DNA from: Guillardia theta CCMP2712
Taxonomy: Eukaryota > Protista > Cryptophyta
Assembly: GCF_000315625.1 (NCBI RefSeq)
Contig: NW_005434586.1
Span: 168,759 to 232,758, forward strand
Length of the DNA: 64,000 bases
Direction of reading: 5' to 3'
This document shows positions 1 to 12,068 of the stretch, one piece after another. Under the pieces are notes generated by a model. That model was not told where the DNA came from. It was given only the letters and a program-made list of their open reading frames with translations, and made no database searches. Each line of letters opens with the position of its first letter. Position 1 is the stretch's first letter. Position numbers and translations under genes: made by a program.

Positions 1-1519
1 TTCACGACAGATGTCAGAGCACACAGGAAGTCTCCTGCACGGGAAGGAGAAGAGGCCGGTGGTGATTCCTCTTGATCAGATGCAGTCACTCCTGCAAGGT
101 CAGAGAGGGCCCAGGGCGGGAGCAGCTTGCTCACGATCTACTGCAGGTGTCTTCCAAGGCGAAGACAAGAGCAGGTCCAAGGTCCAGCCTATCACTCCTC
201 CCCTCCCTCCTCTCTCCTCCGAGGATTCCTCTCTCCCTCCCTCCCGAGCTTGCAAGTCCCTGCCCACGAGCCCCTCGTGCGACAGCGGCAGGCTTGCATC
301 CTTCTTCCCCTCGCAGAGGAGTAGAGGTTGGAGTAGGAACGGTCACTCCACTCCTTCCTCGCGCCTCGATCAAGCGGCCAAGGAGCGCATCCTGCACCAC
401 GTCACCTCCAAGCGGTGAGAGAGGAGGGAACAGGTTGCGTGTTGGGATTTCGTGATGCAAGAGGAGGATTGGGAAGCTGAAAAAGTTATGAGGGGAATGA
501 GGACGAGAATGAAGAAGTTGAGAGCGAGGAGGACGTGAGAGAAAGGAGGAGGAGGAGGAGGAGGAGGAGGAGGAGGTGAGCATTTGTCGCAGTTTGATCA
601 AGGTCTCGGACGTGGAGGAATGGGAGTATCGTGGGCATCACGTGCAACATCTTGCAGGGGAGGAAGTCACTGTTGTTTTCTTCGAGCAGGTAAAACATCT
701 GATGTTCCTCCCTCCCTCCCTCTCTCCCTCCCTCCCTCCCTCCCTCCTTCCCTCTCTCCCTTCCTTTTCCTTCTTCCTCCTGCCTCCTCTTTCTTTTTAG
801 GTCCTCCTCCCTCCCTCCTGCCTCCTCTTCCTTTTCTCCTCACTTTCTCATAAGAACGTCTTCCTCCACGAGACGCACTGGGACTGCCTTTCCCCCCCTT
901 CTTGGCAGCTGCCGCCCCTCGCCGACGACAGCATGCGCGAGCATCCGAGAACAGAGGAGGAGAACTCTTGTCCTCCTCCTCCTTCCTCCCTCCCCTCCCA
1001 GCTGCTCGAGGGGAAGATATTCGTCTGCTCTTCCTATCTTTCCGAGCAGGTAGCGCAGACCCTCATGAAGACTGGCAAACCAGAATGTCTTGTAATGCCG
1101 AGGAGGAGAGAAGGGGATGAGAAAGAATCGGCTGGGAGGATGGGCAGAGCATTTGAGCTGGTGAGCAAGAGAATTTTTCCTCCTTCTTCCCTTCTCCCCG
1201 TCTCCCTTCCTGCACCTCACTCTCCATCTACCTGCTTCACCAGCTTCATTGTCATGCTCACATGCTCTCCCCCTCTCTGCTCCTGACGTGTTTGCAGTTC
1301 TACGAGGAGCTCGCAACAGGGAAAAGCGCTGCCATGGCAGTTGCGAGTGTTAATCTTCAGTTGAGGAGGAGGACGCGAAGGAAGAGGAAGGGGAAAGGAA
1401 GAGAGAGGAGGGAGGAGGAGCACGACGGAGAGGAGGGTGGGGAAGGAGGACAGGGGCAGGAGCAGGAGCAGCAGGAAGAGGAAGATTCAGCGATCCTGAA
1501 GTGTTTGTTTCCTTCTTGA
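1..1519 (+). CDS. 3' part of multi-exon gene, possibly the C-terminal domain of a plant-type phospholipase A I (patatin/iPLA2-like)
   Basis: Spliceable GT-AG exons give ...WEYRGHHVQHLAGEEVTVVFFEQ|NVFLHETHW...KIFVCSSY...VAQTLMKTGKPECLVMP...|FYEELATGKSAAMAVASVN...ILKCLFPS*. From memory this resembles the order of motifs in the plant PLA-I C-terminus. The 5' end is outside the window. Confidence 0.4.
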
Positions 1520-1522
1520 GCT

Positions 1523-3704
1523 CTATCTCTTCATGTATATCAGACCTTGTAACATATTCAAACTGTTTCCATCCGGATGAAGCTCGATCACATTGCCCTG
1601 AACAACACGAGGAGGAAGGAGAGGAACGCGGGGACAGGGAGGGAGAGACGAAAGACCGGAGAGAGGGAGAGAAGGAGAAGGTAGGTGGGGGGCGAACGGA
1701 AAGAGAGCGAAGGAGGGGGAAACGAGAGGGAAGAGAGGAGGGAGAGAAGGAGGGAGAGGGAGTAGGTCATCTTGCAGGCGCTGCAGACGAGGAGGAGACT
1801 CACCTTGTCATCCACAGCACTCAAGAAGCCGGAGGGCGAGATGCTTCGAGAGCAAGTCACACAGCAGCTGCTGGAGGGAGGAGGAGCAGGGAGGTGGAGG
1901 AACAGGCAGAGGAATGAGAGGGGAGACAGAAGGGAGGCAGGAGGAGGAGGAGGAGGAGGGAGGAGAGGAAGAAGGCGAAGAGGAGGAGAGAGAAGAGGAA
2001 CAAGGAGAGACAAGAAGTGATTAGGGAGGGAGGGAGGAGCTGTGAGGTAAGCGGGACACACCCGACGATCTCAACAGTGATCGGCGTCTCACTTTTATCC
2101 TCAACCTGCACCTGCAGCTTCGTCAAGACCCTCGAAGTTTCAATTCCTTTGTTGCGAACAAGGAGGAGAGCAGGAGGAAGGGAGGAGTGAAGGAGGAGAA
2201 GGAGGAAGGAGGGAGGGAGGAGGAAGGAGGAGGAAGGGAATGAAGGAGAAGGAGAAGAACAGGTTGGCAGGGAGGAGGAGGAGGAGGAAGGAGTGAGGGA
2301 GGCTGAGGAGGAGGAGAACAGGTTGGCAGGAAGAGGCGAGCAGGAGGAGGGCAGGAGAAAGAGAATGAGGAGGAGGAGGAGGAGGTATCGTGGGCGGACA
2401 TCATCGGCCTACCTGCACTCTCTGCCCGCTGTGCATCCATGCATGAAGGTACAAGTCTTTGAGGCCTCTGAAGCCCTGGGAGGAAAACTCCTCCTCCAGT
2501 TGCTGATGCGATCGAGTGAGGGCAGGAGGGAGAAGAGGGGGGCTCAACCTCGAAGTGATTGCAGAAGGCGGCGAGGAGAAGCTCGCGGGAGACTCTTTGA
2601 GCGTTGACCTTGAGAGACGACTGGTCGACGAGGTCACGGACACACCTGCAGTCCGAGTCAGCACGCGCAGGAGAAGGAGGAGGAGGAGGAGGAGGAGGTG
2701 GTGGTGGTGGTGGATTTGTATCACGTGGTCGGCTCAGAGTTGAGGGTGTTGACTCCGACGCCAGCAACAACCCGGTAGGAGTGCCCGCTGAGCTTTTTGT
2801 GCTGCATTTCGTCAACGTCGTCAATTCATCGCAAGCGATTGCAGAACCCGCGGTGGAGGCAGCAGGGAGGAGAAAGAGGAGAAAGACTTCTTAAAGGAGG
2901 AGAAGCAGGACAAGGAGGGTAACGAAGGCGGGAGAGGAGGAGGAGAGGTACCACCTGAGGGGAGGAGACGGTCGACTGGCATAAAACGCCTCCGATCTTC
3001 TGTGATTTTGATCCGTAAATGTCATTGGGCCATTTCAGCTGTGAACAACCAATCAGAGCACAAGAAACTATTCCGAACCAACAATAGGGCAATAAAACTA
3101 CGACGTCAACCTTTATCCTCCCCTCCCCTCCCCTCCCCTCTTCCCCCCTCCCCTTCTCCTCTCCTCTCCTCTCCTCTCCTCTCCTCTCCTCTCCTCTCCT
3201 CTCCTCTCCTCTCCCCTCCTCCACTTCAGCTCACCTGAACCCCGAATGCCTTAGCGTCACCCCGCCGACCTCGGAGATCGCCTGGTACATGGCGATCGAG
3301 ACGACATACTGAAAGAAGGGCAGGAGCCTTGCCTCCTCCAGCCCCGTGCTGAAGGAGAAGCACAGGCAGCCCTTAGGAGAAGTCCAGCGGTTCTCTCCTC
3401 GACCCCTGCCGGAAGTCTGGACATCGGAGACGCACAAGATCCCTTCAGCCTCGCTCTTGAGCCGCGTCATCATCAGCTCCTGGGTCGACGACAAGCTGTG
3501 GTTGTAGATGACCACGTTGCCAAGTCGCCTCGTGGTCAGGTGGGAGAAGAATTTGTCCATGTCAAAGTCTCTTCTGCCCTCACTCTCGCCGCTGGTGTCG
3601 AGCAGCATCCTGTCGCTGTCATGCAGCTGGTTCAGCAGGACGTTCCTGTCGGCCTCCCTGCGGAAGAACACGCGGAGCCTCTCGTCGCCTCCTCCTCCTG
3701 ACAT
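1523..3704 (-). CDS. HCS1: Biotin-protein ligase / holocarboxylase synthetase (multi-exon; may extend 5' to ~4100)
   Basis: Motifs SSTQ, QTSGRGRGENRWTSPKGCL, LKWPND...KIGGVLCQST, VVAGVGVN and C-terminal ELHPDGNSLNMLQGLI* across exons. Stop TAG at 1523-1525. Confidence 0.92.
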
Positions 3705-4478
3705 GGCCGCGGTGGTCAAGTTCCGCCTGCTCCTCAGGGTCAGCGCCCCTAGCAGTGAGCGCTGAACTCCTCGAAGTGCCAGGGAAGGGAAGGAGGAGAT
3801 GCTCCTGCTCCAGGTCCTGATGTGCTTGAAACCAGCCTGACGGAAGCTCAGTACCCCAAGCACAGAGCAAGGAAGCTTACCTTGATGTTCAACAGCCTGC
3901 ACATTGCAGTCCTGCACTGAGTTCCACCCGCCAAGGAAGAAGCATTGCAGACGTTGGAGTTGTTGGCGAACGCCGAGGCATGAACGAGGAGCTGATTTGA
4001 AAGAAGACACGCAGTTATCAACCAGGAGCACAGGTGCCGACGACCACAAGTCATGCACGTATCAATCACAAAAACTCCAGCTCTGTACAAAAATCGTCAT
4101 CATATGCCTGCCTCCTTTTGTTTCTATACCGATATCTGACTGCCATCCTTCTCGCAATTGATTTCCTACCCATCTCTCGCCATTTTACCTGACCTGACCT
4201 GACCTGCCGACTGCCTCCTACAAACTCTAGATAGCTATCGTTCAGTCTCTTGTTCCTCCTTTCTCTTGTTCCTCCTCCTCCTCCTCCTCCTCCTCCTCCT
4301 CCTCCTCCTCCTCCTCCTCCTCCTCCTCCTCCTCAACGCTCTCCCTAGTACCCTACGGAACCACCATTAGCAAATTCATCCCCAGAAAATTGATGCGGGG
4401 ACATGGTGGGGATGAGGGCTACCTCGTCTCCAAAAAATTTCCCGCGCCCCCGCCCCTCCTGAGTCTGTTTCAGCCGAC

Positions 4479-5474
4479 ATGGCCGACGCGTCCTCCGACA
4501 ATGGTGGCAGGACGACACCCAGCACAGCAGCGACTCCTTGCGACCTCGAAGGCGAGAGCCTGTCATGCAGGAAAACAGCGAAACGACCTCTGCCTGATGA
4601 TGCCGCGGGAGCTGAAGGAGAGGAGCATCGAAATGGTTTTGATGACGATGAGAATGGTGGAAAGGCAGGCCAGGACACCTCAGCAGCAGTGGAGGTTCCC
4701 GAGAAGAGCATGGAGGAGTTGAAGCGGATGTTCTTTACCGTCGATGATGTCATCAGTGAGTACGACTCTGCAGAGTCCGTGACGAGTCTGCCTGCAGACG
4801 ATGACAACTGGGACCGAGTCACCGACGGCTTTCGTCTTGTACATTTGCTGGTTGATCCTCCCTGCAGGCTTGCTGAGTTCTTTGAAAACACTAGCAAGCA
4901 GATCTACTCTCGAAGTGCTGCGGCAATGCTTGGATGTAGATCAGAGCACTGCGAAGAAGCGTTCAGCATGTTCAGAGACGTGGCCTGGAAGCCAAGTCTT
5001 CTCATCAAAGACGATTTCTTGGACGACCTCAATGCGACTCCTTCGGTAGCCAACCAGAGAGTGACGTTGGAGATGTTGAGGAGCAGGCTCGTAGAGTTCA
5101 AGGCTCTTGTCAGCGATGTAGACATGGAGAACAGGGGCTCGTTAAAGGACCAGCTATGGGAGCGCTGCATGATCCATCGCAAGCCGCCGCGCCCGGATGT
5201 CTACTACTTTCTTAGGCTGGTGGATGCGGAGAAGATCCCCAACAGCGTGATCGACGTCATGTGCGCCCCCTGGTGTGAGACAGAGCAGAAGGAGGTGGAA
5301 GATGATGAGGCAGCTACTAGCATTTACGTCCCGCCCTTGAGGACCAAGTGCAAGAAGCAGAAAACGGGCAAGCAAGACTCGTCTGCACAATTGGCAGATG
5401 AGAAGTTGGAGTACCTCCTACAGAGGGCAGAGAATGTCGTCCTGGGATTCCTCGATTTCATGAAGAATCTGTGA
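4479..5474 (+). CDS. Hypothetical protein, single exon, 331 aa
   Basis: Long non-repetitive ORF with coding-like composition, acidic N-terminus and a basic KCKKQK patch. No family recognised. Confidence 0.75.
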   Translation: MADASSDNGGRTTPSTAATPCDLEGESLSCRKTAKRPLPDDAAGAEGEEHRNGFDDDENGGKAGQDTSAAVEVPEKSMEELKRMFFTVDDVISEYDSAESVTSLPADDDNWDRVTDGFRLVHLLVDPPCRLAEFFENTSKQIYSRSAAAMLGCRSEHCEEAFSMFRDVAWKPSLLIKDDFLDDLNATPSVANQRVTLEMLRSRLVEFKALVSDVDMENRGSLKDQLWERCMIHRKPPRPDVYYFLRLVDAEKIPNSVIDVMCAPWCETEQKEVEDDEAATSIYVPPLRTKCKKQKTGKQDSSAQLADEKLEYLLQRAENVVLGFLDFMKNL

Positions 5475-5614
5475 GGTCGGCGACGAATGAACATTTACAC
5501 TAGTTGATACCTATTCCCTTCATCTCCTCTCACACTTCAATTGGCTGTAAACCTTCGCATGCTTGCTCACATCCGACTTGACACATTTCAGAGCAAACGC
5601 ACCAATTTCTATGA

Positions 5615-6475
5615 CTAGACACTTCGGCCACCCTGCTCCTGTGATCCTGCCACCTGCTCCTCTTGAACGTCTGAGATCTTCCTCAGGTGAGAACTCTCGT
5701 TGAAAATCATCATCTGAGAAAGTCAGGGGAGGAAAAGAATCCCTCAAGTTTACCTTGAAGTCGTAGGAGTCTTGCTTCTTGAGTACAGCATGGAAGACAG
5801 TCAGGGAGCAGTTCTTGAGGATATTGCCTGCCAACAGCATGTCATGCCGCAGAAGAGCACATGTCCCGAGAACAAACCTATTGGACGATGAGGAAACAAA
5901 GAATTCACCAACTCCTTGATGAAACCACCGTGTGTGACAAGGAGTAAACCGTAGCTCCTCTTCTCCTTGTTGTCTTGCGAGCCCGGCTCCTGCTTGTACT
6001 TCTGATGTAGCGAGGAAGTCGAACATAAGGATAGCACTTCCTTCATGAAACCCCTCGCGCGCTGCGCGACATCATTCCAGGATTCCCCTCCTGGCGGTCG
6101 GAAGCATCGCAGGGGAACTCCGGCGGCCTTGGCCATGCGCTCTGAGATCCCCAGCTTCTTCCCCTCCAGCGATCCAGCATGCTTCTCCCTCAGCCGAGGC
6201 TCGAGGACAGTCGGCAGCTCCTTGCCCAGCTCCTGCCTGATCAGCTCGAGAGTCTGCGTCGTCCTCCTCAGGTCGGAGCAGAAGATGAAGTCGATCGGCT
6301 CGTCCCGCAGTCGCTCCCCCAGGCACTTGGCCTGCACCTTCCCCAGCTCGCTGAGCTCCCCAGCATTGTGCCCGGCTGCTATGCGCAGCTTGTTGTCCTC
6401 GGTCTCGCCGTGTCTGACTATGTACACTCGAACGATAGGATGACTGCTCCTTTCCTCGCATGAGAGTCCATGCAT
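5615..6475 (-). CDS. Histidine phosphatase (phosphoglycerate mutase/TIGAR-like family)
   Basis: VRHGET, CSDLRR, LRE, GGES, LVTHGG, NCSLT and spliced C-terminal FNESSHL. Two GT-AG introns; stop at 5615-5617. Confidence 0.9.
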
Positions 6476-6563
6476 GTGTCGCCCTCACTGGAGGGGGGGA
6501 GAGAGAGGAGGGAAAGGAGGGAGGAGGGAGGAGGGAAGAGGAAGGAAAGGAGGGAGGAGGGAG

Positions 6564-7023
6564 NNNNNNNNNNNNNNNNNNNNNNNNNNNNNNNNNNNNN
6601 NNNNNNNNNNNNNNNNNNNNNNNNNNNNNNNNNNNNNNNNNNNNNNNNNNNNNNNNNNNNNNNNNNNNNNNNNNNNNNNNNNNNNNNNNNNNNNNNNNNN
6701 NNNNNNNNNNNNNNNNNNNNNNNNNNNNNNNNNNNNNNNNNNNNNNNNNNNNNNNNNNNNNNNNNNNNNNNNNNNNNNNNNNNNNNNNNNNNNNNNNNNN
6801 NNNNNNNNNNNNNNNNNNNNNNNNNNNNNNNNNNNNNNNNNNNNNNNNNNNNNNNNNNNNNNNNNNNNNNNNNNNNNNNNNNNNNNNNNNNNNNNNNNNN
6901 NNNNNNNNNNNNNNNNNNNNNNNNNNNNNNNNNNNNNNNNNNNNNNNNNNNNNNNNNNNNNNNNNNNNNNNNNNNNNNNNNNNNNNNNNNNNNNNNNNNN
7001 NNNNNNNNNNNNNNNNNNNNNNN
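6564..7023. other. Assembly gap (N run) flanked by GGA-rich low-complexity sequence
   Basis: Run of n characters. Confidence 1.
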
Positions 7024-7146
7024 GGGAGGAGGGAGGAGGGAGGAGGGAGGAGAGAGGAGGGAGGAGGGAGAGTAGATGGAACTTGCACAGTGAATTGATT
7101 GAATGTAGTTGTTTTTTTGCGTGTAAAAGGTTCCCGGCAGGCCGTC

Positions 7147-9590
7147 ATGTCATGGCTGAAGGGAATATCGGGGGCGATCAAAGCAGCTGTCTCCTCTTCT
7201 TCTTCTTCCTCCTCCTCCTCCTCTAACACCACCTCGTCGAAGAGCAAGGCTGAGCTGTTACGCGACCATGTCGTCTACCTTCGCTCCTTCTCGGAGACCA
7301 CCCAGCAAGATCGGGCGAGCGATTGGGATAAGCTGTTGATATCCTACAGGTTCGCTGCTCCTGCTCAGCTTCCATCTGCCTTGTCCTGATATTGACCGTC
7401 GTTCCTTTTGCAGGATACCAGAGGAGCTGGACTCTGTCCTGCAGCTGCTAGAGGACGAGAACCCCTCTACTGAGAGCATACACCAGGGGTCCTGTATGAT
7501 GTGCTTCCTTGAAGAGAATGTGATGGAGCTTCTGAACGATCTCCTGTCGCTCAAGAACTCAGTGGGAGTCCAGGTGATATCGTGTTGCTGCTCGCATGTT
7601 TGCTCTGAAACTGGACATGTAGAAGACAGTGATCAAGACGGTCATCCGCGCGCTCCGTCTGAGATATGAACTGGTGACCTGACTCTGTCCATGCACTTCA
7701 GCGCCGCCTGACGTTGTTGACAGTTGGACAACGGGAGCATCGCACGGCTGGTGATGCATATGGCGCAGGAGCTTGAGTACAGCCCTCAGAGACAGGCCTT
7801 TGCTCTGGTACACTGCGAGTTGCTCTACACTCTCTGCGACAAGGTTTATCGGAACCCCGCCTCCCTCCTCCCTGTGGTGATCAACGAGAACGTGAACACG
7901 GGCGGATTGGGATGCGAGTTCTTGCTCTTGAACTGGTCTATCCAGCACCTTCAAGACGCAGCAGGAGGGGAGTATGCGCAGAGGGGGATCCTAGCGCTGC
8001 TGTCTATCCCTGACCACCGGGTCACCAACGCGGTTGTCAACCATTCTGCGCTCATTGAGAGGGCGGTGAGGATGGTGGACATGGGATTCCAGTCAGCCAT
8101 GAAGACGATCGACTCGCTGGCTCCTGGGTCGATGGATGAGGTCGGGTCGAGGAGGAAGCGCCCGGACCCAACGCCCTTCTATGCTTCACTTCGTTTCGTG
8201 GACCATGTTGTCAAGGTGGCAGACATCCAGGTGGCCAACAGGCTGCTCGACATTCTCGATGCCAACTTCCTGCGTCAGACGATGCAGCAGAGGCTGATCA
8301 AGGGATCCGAGGTGCAGCATGTCGGGGTCATGGAGCTGCTCCGTGGACTGTTCGAGCCGGATCCCATGTGGATCAAGCAGGGAAGGTATGGGAGGAGACT
8401 GCAGCAGCCCCAGCTGATCGGGATGATCGCTCACTCGATCCTTGATGTCTCCTCTCCTCGAAGACTCTCCAGCAGTGCAGATGCGGAGAATGCGAACCTG
8501 CGGGCGGCAGAGGCCGAGGCACGTTCGAGCCCCTGCTCGCTGCTGCAAGTCCTCGTCGACAGGATAGACTCGATGAACGAGGAGGAGAGCTGCGCTGCCT
8601 TGGAGCTTCTTCTGTCCTTGTTGGAGCTCAACGACTTTTGGGTCGTCGATGCTCTAACTCAGATATCAAGGGACAAAGCTTGCAGAGCCTGCATCGGCGT
8701 CCTGAGATCAGATGCGTTTCAATCCAGCACGAGGAAGTTCCTTGACTTTCTTGAGACCCTGCAGCAAGATTTTGACAAGGTCGATGAAGCAAACACGCCA
8801 AATGCCAACGAGACGAGTCAAGAGGACGCATACAGGAAAGACTCGATCAAGCTGGTCAGCAGTTGCTTCCAATCTTGCGGGGAGTGGGAAACAGAAGCGA
8901 TCCTTGCTCAGAGTCCTCCCTCTCAAGTCGAAGAGCAGCAGACTTCTGTTTTCATCTCAGCTGTGCTGGCAAAGCTCTCGACGTTCTTCACGAACTCATG
9001 GAGGGTGAATCTCGCGCTGTCTGGCATTGTCAGCCGTCTACTTGCCCTGCCCAGCTTTCAACTTCAGTCAACTCTGATTGGCGGGGAGGGACAAGATGGA
9101 GGCGACATAGACCTGACCAACGTGCTGGAGAAGCTCAACAATGTAAGTAGAGGCCCGCAACAGACGAGCGAGGGAGTGAGCGATTGTGGCAGGAAGCAAA
9201 AGTCAAATTAGCTCCAATTGAGAATGTGGAAGAGAAAGTCTCGAAGGTCATACTTTGAAGTTTTCTGCTGCCTCTTCTTTGAACCTGCTTTGCACAGAAA
9301 TGGGCGGAACTAGGAAGGGGATATCATTCTCACGATCTCAATTCTTCAGACGCAGAAGAAAATCGTGACAACAACTTTTTCAGGTAAGTGTTTGATGAAC
9401 GCGTCACGTCTTCTAATGTGCGCATTCGATTGCAGTCTATTCATTTTGATGCGAGAAATGCGGGTTGAATTCAAGACAGTGTTGGAAGCAAAGCTGATCT
9501 GCTCGAAGGTGAGATTAATGTTTCCCTTTATTCAATACAAGTTTGTTCTTTGTGTAACAATTCAAACAATTTTTACAGGCACTCAGGTGA
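7147..9590 (+). CDS. FAM160/FHIP (RAI16-like, FHF complex subunit) protein
   Basis: Exons splice cleanly from MSWLKGISG. Family-like segments: GSCMMCFLEENVMELL, helical core, LAKLSTFFTNSWRVNLALSGIVSRLLALP, terminal FILMREMRVEFKTVL. Confidence 0.7.
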
Positions 9591-9775
9591 ACAATACATG
9601 AGTACATTAAAGAAACACGCAACACATACATCGAGCTCAGTCATTTCTGCTTCCTCCTCGACATTCACGCCTCTGTACAACTCAACCTACGTCAAACCTA
9701 CAAGGAAAAAAGCGCACACTGCAATTACAACGAAGGGCACACTGCAACCGAAGAAGCTGTAAAGCCTTGAAACAG

Positions 9776-10249
9776 TCACTCGATGTCTTTCAGCTCAGGG
9801 AACAGACTCCGATCTTCACTCTCCGTCCTTGTTGCATTGTCCTTGACGCTGGCGCTCGGGACTGTTTCGTTGGAATCAAATTTACCCATCATGTGGTCAA
9901 TAACTTCAGTGTAAATAATGTCGGAGAATGACAGATAAATGTCTTCATCGTGTTCTTCAGGACTTTCATCAGGATTGTTGCTCGGGGTCTCGCTGGTCTG
10001 TGAATCTTCCTGACTTGCAGCTTCACCCTCATGCTTCCTGAAGTACTTCCTTGTGTAGGGCCACCTTCGAAGCCCTAACTTCCTGCACGCACTTTTCAAG
10101 CATGTCAAGGAGATGCCGATTTGCCTTGCTGCTTCACATTGAGGAATGTGGTAGTACTTTTCGATGAGCTCTTGATCCAAGAAGAGAGGGCCAGGTGTGA
10201 CGTAGTAAGAATCCTTCTCCTTCTTTTGCCGAGGATAGACCACTGACAT
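9776..10249 (-). CDS. RWP-RK domain transcription factor (intronless)
   Basis: YYHIPQCEAARQIGISLTCLKSACRKLGLRRWPY is a canonical RWP-RK signature. Confidence 0.92.
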   Translation of the reverse strand: MSVVYPRQKKEKDSYYVTPGPLFLDQELIEKYYHIPQCEAARQIGISLTCLKSACRKLGLRRWPYTRKYFRKHEGEAASQEDSQTSETPSNNPDESPEEHDEDIYLSFSDIIYTEVIDHMMGKFDSNETVPSASVKDNATRTESEDRSLFPELKDIE

Positions 10250-10301
10250 CAGCCGTAGCACTAGACAAGAAGGGATAAGAACTAGTTGTAGCGTGCGTGA
10301 A

Positions 10302-10765
<464 letters not shown>

Positions 10766-11453
10766 CTTCGAGATAAGGAGGTTCAGGTGAAAGTGAAGCA
10801 GGCGAAAGCAGGAGGTAGTAGGAGCAAAAATAGCAGTATCTTAAAAGCCGTCCCTCTGGTGTCATCGTCGTTCACGTTCCTGCTGATGGTCACGGTACCA
10901 GGCGCAATGGAAAGCGTACAGGGGGTACAACCATGCAGGGATGGATTTGGGAGGGTGATCTCTGGGTTAAGTCAGGGGCTAGGGAGGGGTGACCTATCTA
11001 GGAAGGTTTGATTCTAGGGGGTGTAGGTGGCCGCGGATAGTGCTGACTCCCCTCGTGACTCCTCGGGCCATCATAGGGATTCTAAAAAGGGGTTGTACAG
11101 CAAAGCCCCTCCCCCTTGGCAGGCCTCAGAAGCGATCCGATCTGTCCCTGTGTATCTCTTGCTCCACCACCGGGTCCCTTCAAGTCCCCACCCCCTACTT
11201 GCTACCCTCTTCCAGTCGCAACAGTCACGCCCTGAATGATGCCCCCCGGTTGCTAGGGCAGGGTGCTAACGGAGTCCTAGCAAATGCGTAGGGATGCGGC
11301 TGGGAATGTGCGAAGCAGTCAATGATCGGATGATCAGCGTGTCAGCCCCCGCAGTTATCCGACGGTCCCTTCGATGATCATGCCAACTAAAGTGAAAGTT
11401 ACAACCACAAATTCGACACTCCAAAGCGGCTGCGCTACCCGGTAGTGTGGACC

Positions 11454-11961
11454 GTACTCTGTTAAGTTAAAAATCAGTACGTGGACAATCAGGAGAGTAG
11501 AGGCCGGAGGCTTGACCCTGACACTGTCGAGATACAACCCTCATCCTGCCGATTGCTGTCCCCCAAACTTTGTCGGAGAGACTTGACTGACAATACCCGG
11601 TTTACTGTATTGCGCGCCCCGGGCCCCGCCGGGTAGTACCAGTGCGGCCCGCCAGTCCCGGGGCGCCCGGGCGGCGGCGGGCGCCGCGGCCCAATCATCG
11701 CTGGGCCCGGAGTCGCCGCCGCTGGCCCGGTTGTGATCCACGGAGACGGTCGTCTTTCCGAGGCTAGTTATGACTCCATAAAAGTCTTACTCCATGCTGA
11801 TTGATTTCTGATATAGAGTGAAGGTATCAGTCACTCAAGTTTGGGGGACAGCAGTTGGCAGGATTAGGTTTGGTTCTCGCTGTCTTTTCTCTTCTCGCCG
11901 TTTGGCCTGTGCGACAGTGTCAGTTGTCCTCGTACTGATTTTTAACTTAACTTTGAGTAAA
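11454..11961. mobile_element. MITE-like element with ~140-bp imperfect inverted arms around a GC-rich core
   Basis: Left arm gttaagttaaaaatcagtacgtggacaa...ctgacactgtcg...atcctgccgattgctgtcccccaaactt. Right arm aagtttgggggacagcagttggcaggat...cgacagtgtcagttgtcctcgtactgatttttaacttaac. No clear TSD. Confidence 0.6.
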
Positions 11962-12068
11962 GGATTTACTCTATGAAAGAATCATAGTAGACCCTGATGG
12001 CTGCATGAACTTGAGTCACTGACTCGTACTTAGCACATCTTCGACGTTTGGCATCCTGCCAGAAGCTT

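Noticed and set aside
6072-7247. Long ORFs containing X runs
   Set aside because: They span the N gap.
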